A DNA stretch of 48,578 nucleotides from Acidobacteria bacterium AH-259-O06. Lineage in GTDB: Bacteria; Acidobacteriota; UBA6911; RPQK01; JADFOI01. Below, piece after piece: positions 46,664 to 48,578 of the stretch (position 1 is its first letter; the number at the start of each line of letters is the position of its first letter). The notes under the pieces were generated by a model. The model did no database searches and was not told the DNA's origin. It saw only the letters and a list, made by a program, of their open reading frames with translations. Made by a program: the position numbers and the translations under genes. The stretch is from positions 1-48,578 of the forward strand of contig JALLOM010000001.1 in the NCBI GenBank assembly GCA_027717865.1. The letters are read 5' to 3'.

Positions 46664-47570
46664 AGGTTTCCAATTGTTCTCGATTCTCAATATTGGTGAT
46701 CTGAACAGAGGGAGCGACCCTCCGAATGAGGCCACCCAGCACTTTACCAGGCCCCACTTCGACAAAAGTCGAGACACCGGCTCGGAGCAACCGGCGCACA
46801 CAGTCGCCCCAGAGCACGGCCGATGAAACTTGTCTCACCAAGCCCTCGCGTGCTTCCTCCCCCCCGGTAACAATCTGAGCTTCGACATTATTAATGAGGG
46901 GAATCTTAAGGTCATAAAAAGGAATCTCGCCAATCACTTCTGACAGACGGGCCTCGGCCGGCTTCATCAGGTCACAGTGAAAGGGAGCACTGACGGAAAG
47001 GGGGAGGACTCTTCGTGCTCCCCTTTCTTTCGCGAGATTGACGGCTCGTTCCACTGCCCGACTGTGGCCGGCGATGACGATTTGATCTGGAGAGTTGACG
47101 TTTGCAGGGGAAACCACCTCACCCTGGGCTGCCTCCTGGCAGATTTCCTCTACTTCAGGCAGCTTCAAACCCAGAACTGCGGCCATCGCTCCCTCTCCGA
47201 GCGGAACTGCTTCCTGCATAAAACGGCCTCTCTGACGAACCAGTCGGACGGCATCCTGGAAACCGAGCCCGCCAGCAGCCACCAACGCGGAATACTCGCC
47301 AAGGCTGTGTCCAGCCACGAAATCGGCCAATCTCCCTTGGTTCTCCAGGATTCTAAAGAGGGCAATAGAAGTCGTCAGTATCGCAGGCTGAGTGTTCTCC
47401 GTCAGCAGAAGCTCCTCCTCCGAACCTTCAAAGCAGAGCCGGCTCAGCGGAAAACCGAGAGCCTTATCGGCCTCCTCGAACACCTCACGAGCCTCTGCAA
47501 ACTCCTCTGCCACATCGCGACCCATTCCACAATACTGAGCGCCCTGTCCCGGGAAGACGAATGCCCGCAT
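46656..47570 (-). CDS. fabD: Malonyl-CoA:ACP transacylase
   Basis: MRAFVFPGQGAQ N-terminus and GHSLGEYSA nucleophile elbow. The track GTG start at 47609 would encode a perfect 8-bp hairpin (47589-47607), so the ATG at 47570 is preferred, though no strong SD precedes it. Confidence 0.9.
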   Translation of the reverse strand: MRAFVFPGQGAQYCGMGRDVAEEFAEAREVFEEADKALGFPLSRLCFEGSEEELLLTENTQPAILTTSIALFRILENQGRLADFVAGHSLGEYSALVAAGGLGFQDAVRLVRQRGRFMQEAVPLGEGAMAAVLGLKLPEVEEICQEAAQGEVVSPANVNSPDQIVIAGHSRAVERAVNLAKERGARRVLPLSVSAPFHCDLMKPAEARLSEVIGEIPFYDLKIPLINNVEAQIVTGGEEAREGLVRQVSSAVLWGDCVRRLLRAGVSTFVEVGPGKVLGGLIRRVAPSVQITNIENREQLETYV

Positions 47571-47637
47571 GCTGTTGAGCTGTGTAGCGTCCGCTCTGAG
47601 AGCGGACACTACAGCCCCCTGACTCCTGGCTCCTAAC

Positions 47638-47823
47638 TCACGACATTTCCTCTACTTCAATCACTTGCCTACCCTTGTAATAACCGCAGTTTGGGCAGAC
47701 TCGATGTGGGAGAACCGGGGACCCGCAGTTGCTGCAAGTCGAGAGATTGGGAGCAGTCAAGAAATCGTGAGCTCGGCGCTTTCCTCTGCGTGATTTCGAA
47801 TGTCTTCTCTTTGGATTAGGCAC
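47638..47823 (-). CDS. rpmF: 50S ribosomal protein L32
   Basis: 61 aa. [20 protein letters not shown]-terminus and a CxxC...CxxC zinc ribbon. Confidence 0.95.
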   Translation of the reverse strand: MPNPKRRHSKSRRGKRRAHDFLTAPNLSTCSNCGSPVLPHRVCPNCGYYKGRQVIEVEEMS

Positions 47824-47836
47824 CTTAATTCCTGTT

Positions 47837-47869
47837 GAGGGGTCTAGGGGTCAGACCCCTAAACCCCTC
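47837..47869. repeat. 33-nt imperfect palindrome overlapping the yceD stop codon
   Basis: GAGGGGTCTAGGGGTCAGACCCCTAAACCCCTC: outer 7-bp and inner 6-8-bp stems with a TAGGGG/CCCCTA core. Lies 13 nt upstream of the rpmF start on the minus strand. Confidence 0.85.
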
Positions 47870-48410
47870 ATTTCTCCTTGCTGAGCCTTTTCTTCACATC
47901 TAAGAGAACCGCTAATCGCGGGTCAACACTCCGACGTTGACAATTGCAATTACCCTCGTTCAAATCAGCACCACACTGATCGCATAAGCCCTTACAAGCT
48001 TCCTGGCAGACGGGTTTCATCGGCATTTCCAAAACGATTTGTTCGGAGATCACTGCACTCACATCCAGTCGGTCTTTCCGATAAAAGCCGATCACTAGGT
48101 CCGTGTAAGTCAAGCCAAATTCCTCCCCCTCAGCTTCCAGCGCAGGATCAGGCCAATACTCTACTTCAAATCCTTTTCGAATCCTGTGCGGGAAGGGTTT
48201 TAAGCAGCGACAGCACACTACCTGGAGATCAGCCTGCACTTCCCCAACAACCAGCACTTGACCCCCTGAAAGTGAAACTCTCAATTCGGAGCGAACAGGT
48301 CGCTGCAAGGCCATGATATGGCTACGCAGCTTGAGCTCCTGGTCACCAAAATCTGTTTCGATAAAAAGCGGCTCATTCCGCTCTCTGAGTTCCTTGATAT
48401 CGACAAGCAC
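47868..48410 (-). CDS. yceD: YceD/DUF177 family protein (23S rRNA accumulation protein)
   Basis: 180 aa with a Cys-rich C-terminal part (CKGLCDQCGADLNEGNCNC). Conserved position directly upstream of rpmF. Confidence 0.85.
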   Translation of the reverse strand: MLVDIKELRERNEPLFIETDFGDQELKLRSHIMALQRPVRSELRVSLSGGQVLVVGEVQADLQVVCCRCLKPFPHRIRKGFEVEYWPDPALEAEGEEFGLTYTDLVIGFYRKDRLDVSAVISEQIVLEMPMKPVCQEACKGLCDQCGADLNEGNCNCQRRSVDPRLAVLLDVKKRLSKEK

Positions 48411-48483
48411 TGGTAACCACCTTCTCTGTGGAGTACTTTTCTCAAACTAAACCGTTTATCGGGCCCCAATGGGGACTGCCCTG

Positions 48484-48549
48484 GTGCCTTCGTGCTGTCG
48501 TGCCTTCGTGGCCTCGTGCGTGCTGTCAGTTACGTCACGAAAGCACGAA
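48484..48549. repeat. CTTCGTG-family heptamer array with a partial complementary arm
   Basis: GTGCCTTCGTGCTGTCGTGCCTTCGTGGCCTCGTGCGTGCTGTC followed by CACGAAAGCACGAA. The same units occur at 16875-16971 and 2644-2663. Confidence 0.88.
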
Positions 48550-48578
48550 TTCTATCTTACCTTAATTTTCGTTCTCAA

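Noticed and set aside
1-48578. I searched by eye for tRNA, rRNA, tmRNA or RNase P-like structured RNAs, and for transposase, integrase, toxin-antitoxin, restriction or other defence genes that might explain the repeats.
   Set aside because: None recognised. Every ORF over 100 aa not assigned a housekeeping function is a pilus component or a small membrane protein. The palindromic elements therefore appear non-autonomous within this window.

Overview
This is a 48.6-kb stretch of a bacterial chromosome from a diderm organism (about 50% GC by eye; taxon not determinable here). It is tightly packed with housekeeping genes. From left to right these are: fatty-acid beta-oxidation (fadN-like), 2-oxoacid:ferredoxin oxidoreductase (korAB), P5C dehydrogenase, a radical-SAM-like orphan, a Lys-rich TPR protein, glmU, carAB, lepB, a pyruvoyl arginine decarboxylase, the conserved rplM-rpsI-rpsB-tsf-pyrH-frr block and pilMNOPQ. 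These are followed by an M24 peptidase, a long co-directional string (accB-accC-NSS transporter-thiE-NSS transporter-micro-ORF-hypothetical-Crp/Fnr regulator) and a minor-pilin cluster with a convergent pilA. The window ends with ribD, the pgpH-ybeY-CNNM block and yceD-rpmF-fabD-fabG-acpP-fabF. I recognised no rRNA, tRNA, CRISPR, transposase, integrase, phage or defence genes. The unusual content is non-coding. Thirteen of the 17 spacers longer than about 60 bp are filled with short tandem repeats (mostly 7-bp units such as CCAGGAG, CCAGAAT, CACGAAG and CTGACAR), with long palindromes, or with both. The repeat arrays are commonly arranged as inverted arm pairs around unique 70-120-nt cores. 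Some of the palindromes have the GTAG-head architecture of REP/REPIN elements. The arrays begin at or within a few nt of stop codons, contain stop codons in one case, and run into the 3' ends of three CDSs, where they encode repeat-derived C-terminal tails. Several ORF-track starts are artefactually long because they read into these repeats. CDS coordinates come from the ORF track; repeat coordinates are hand-counted and may be off by 1-3 nt.
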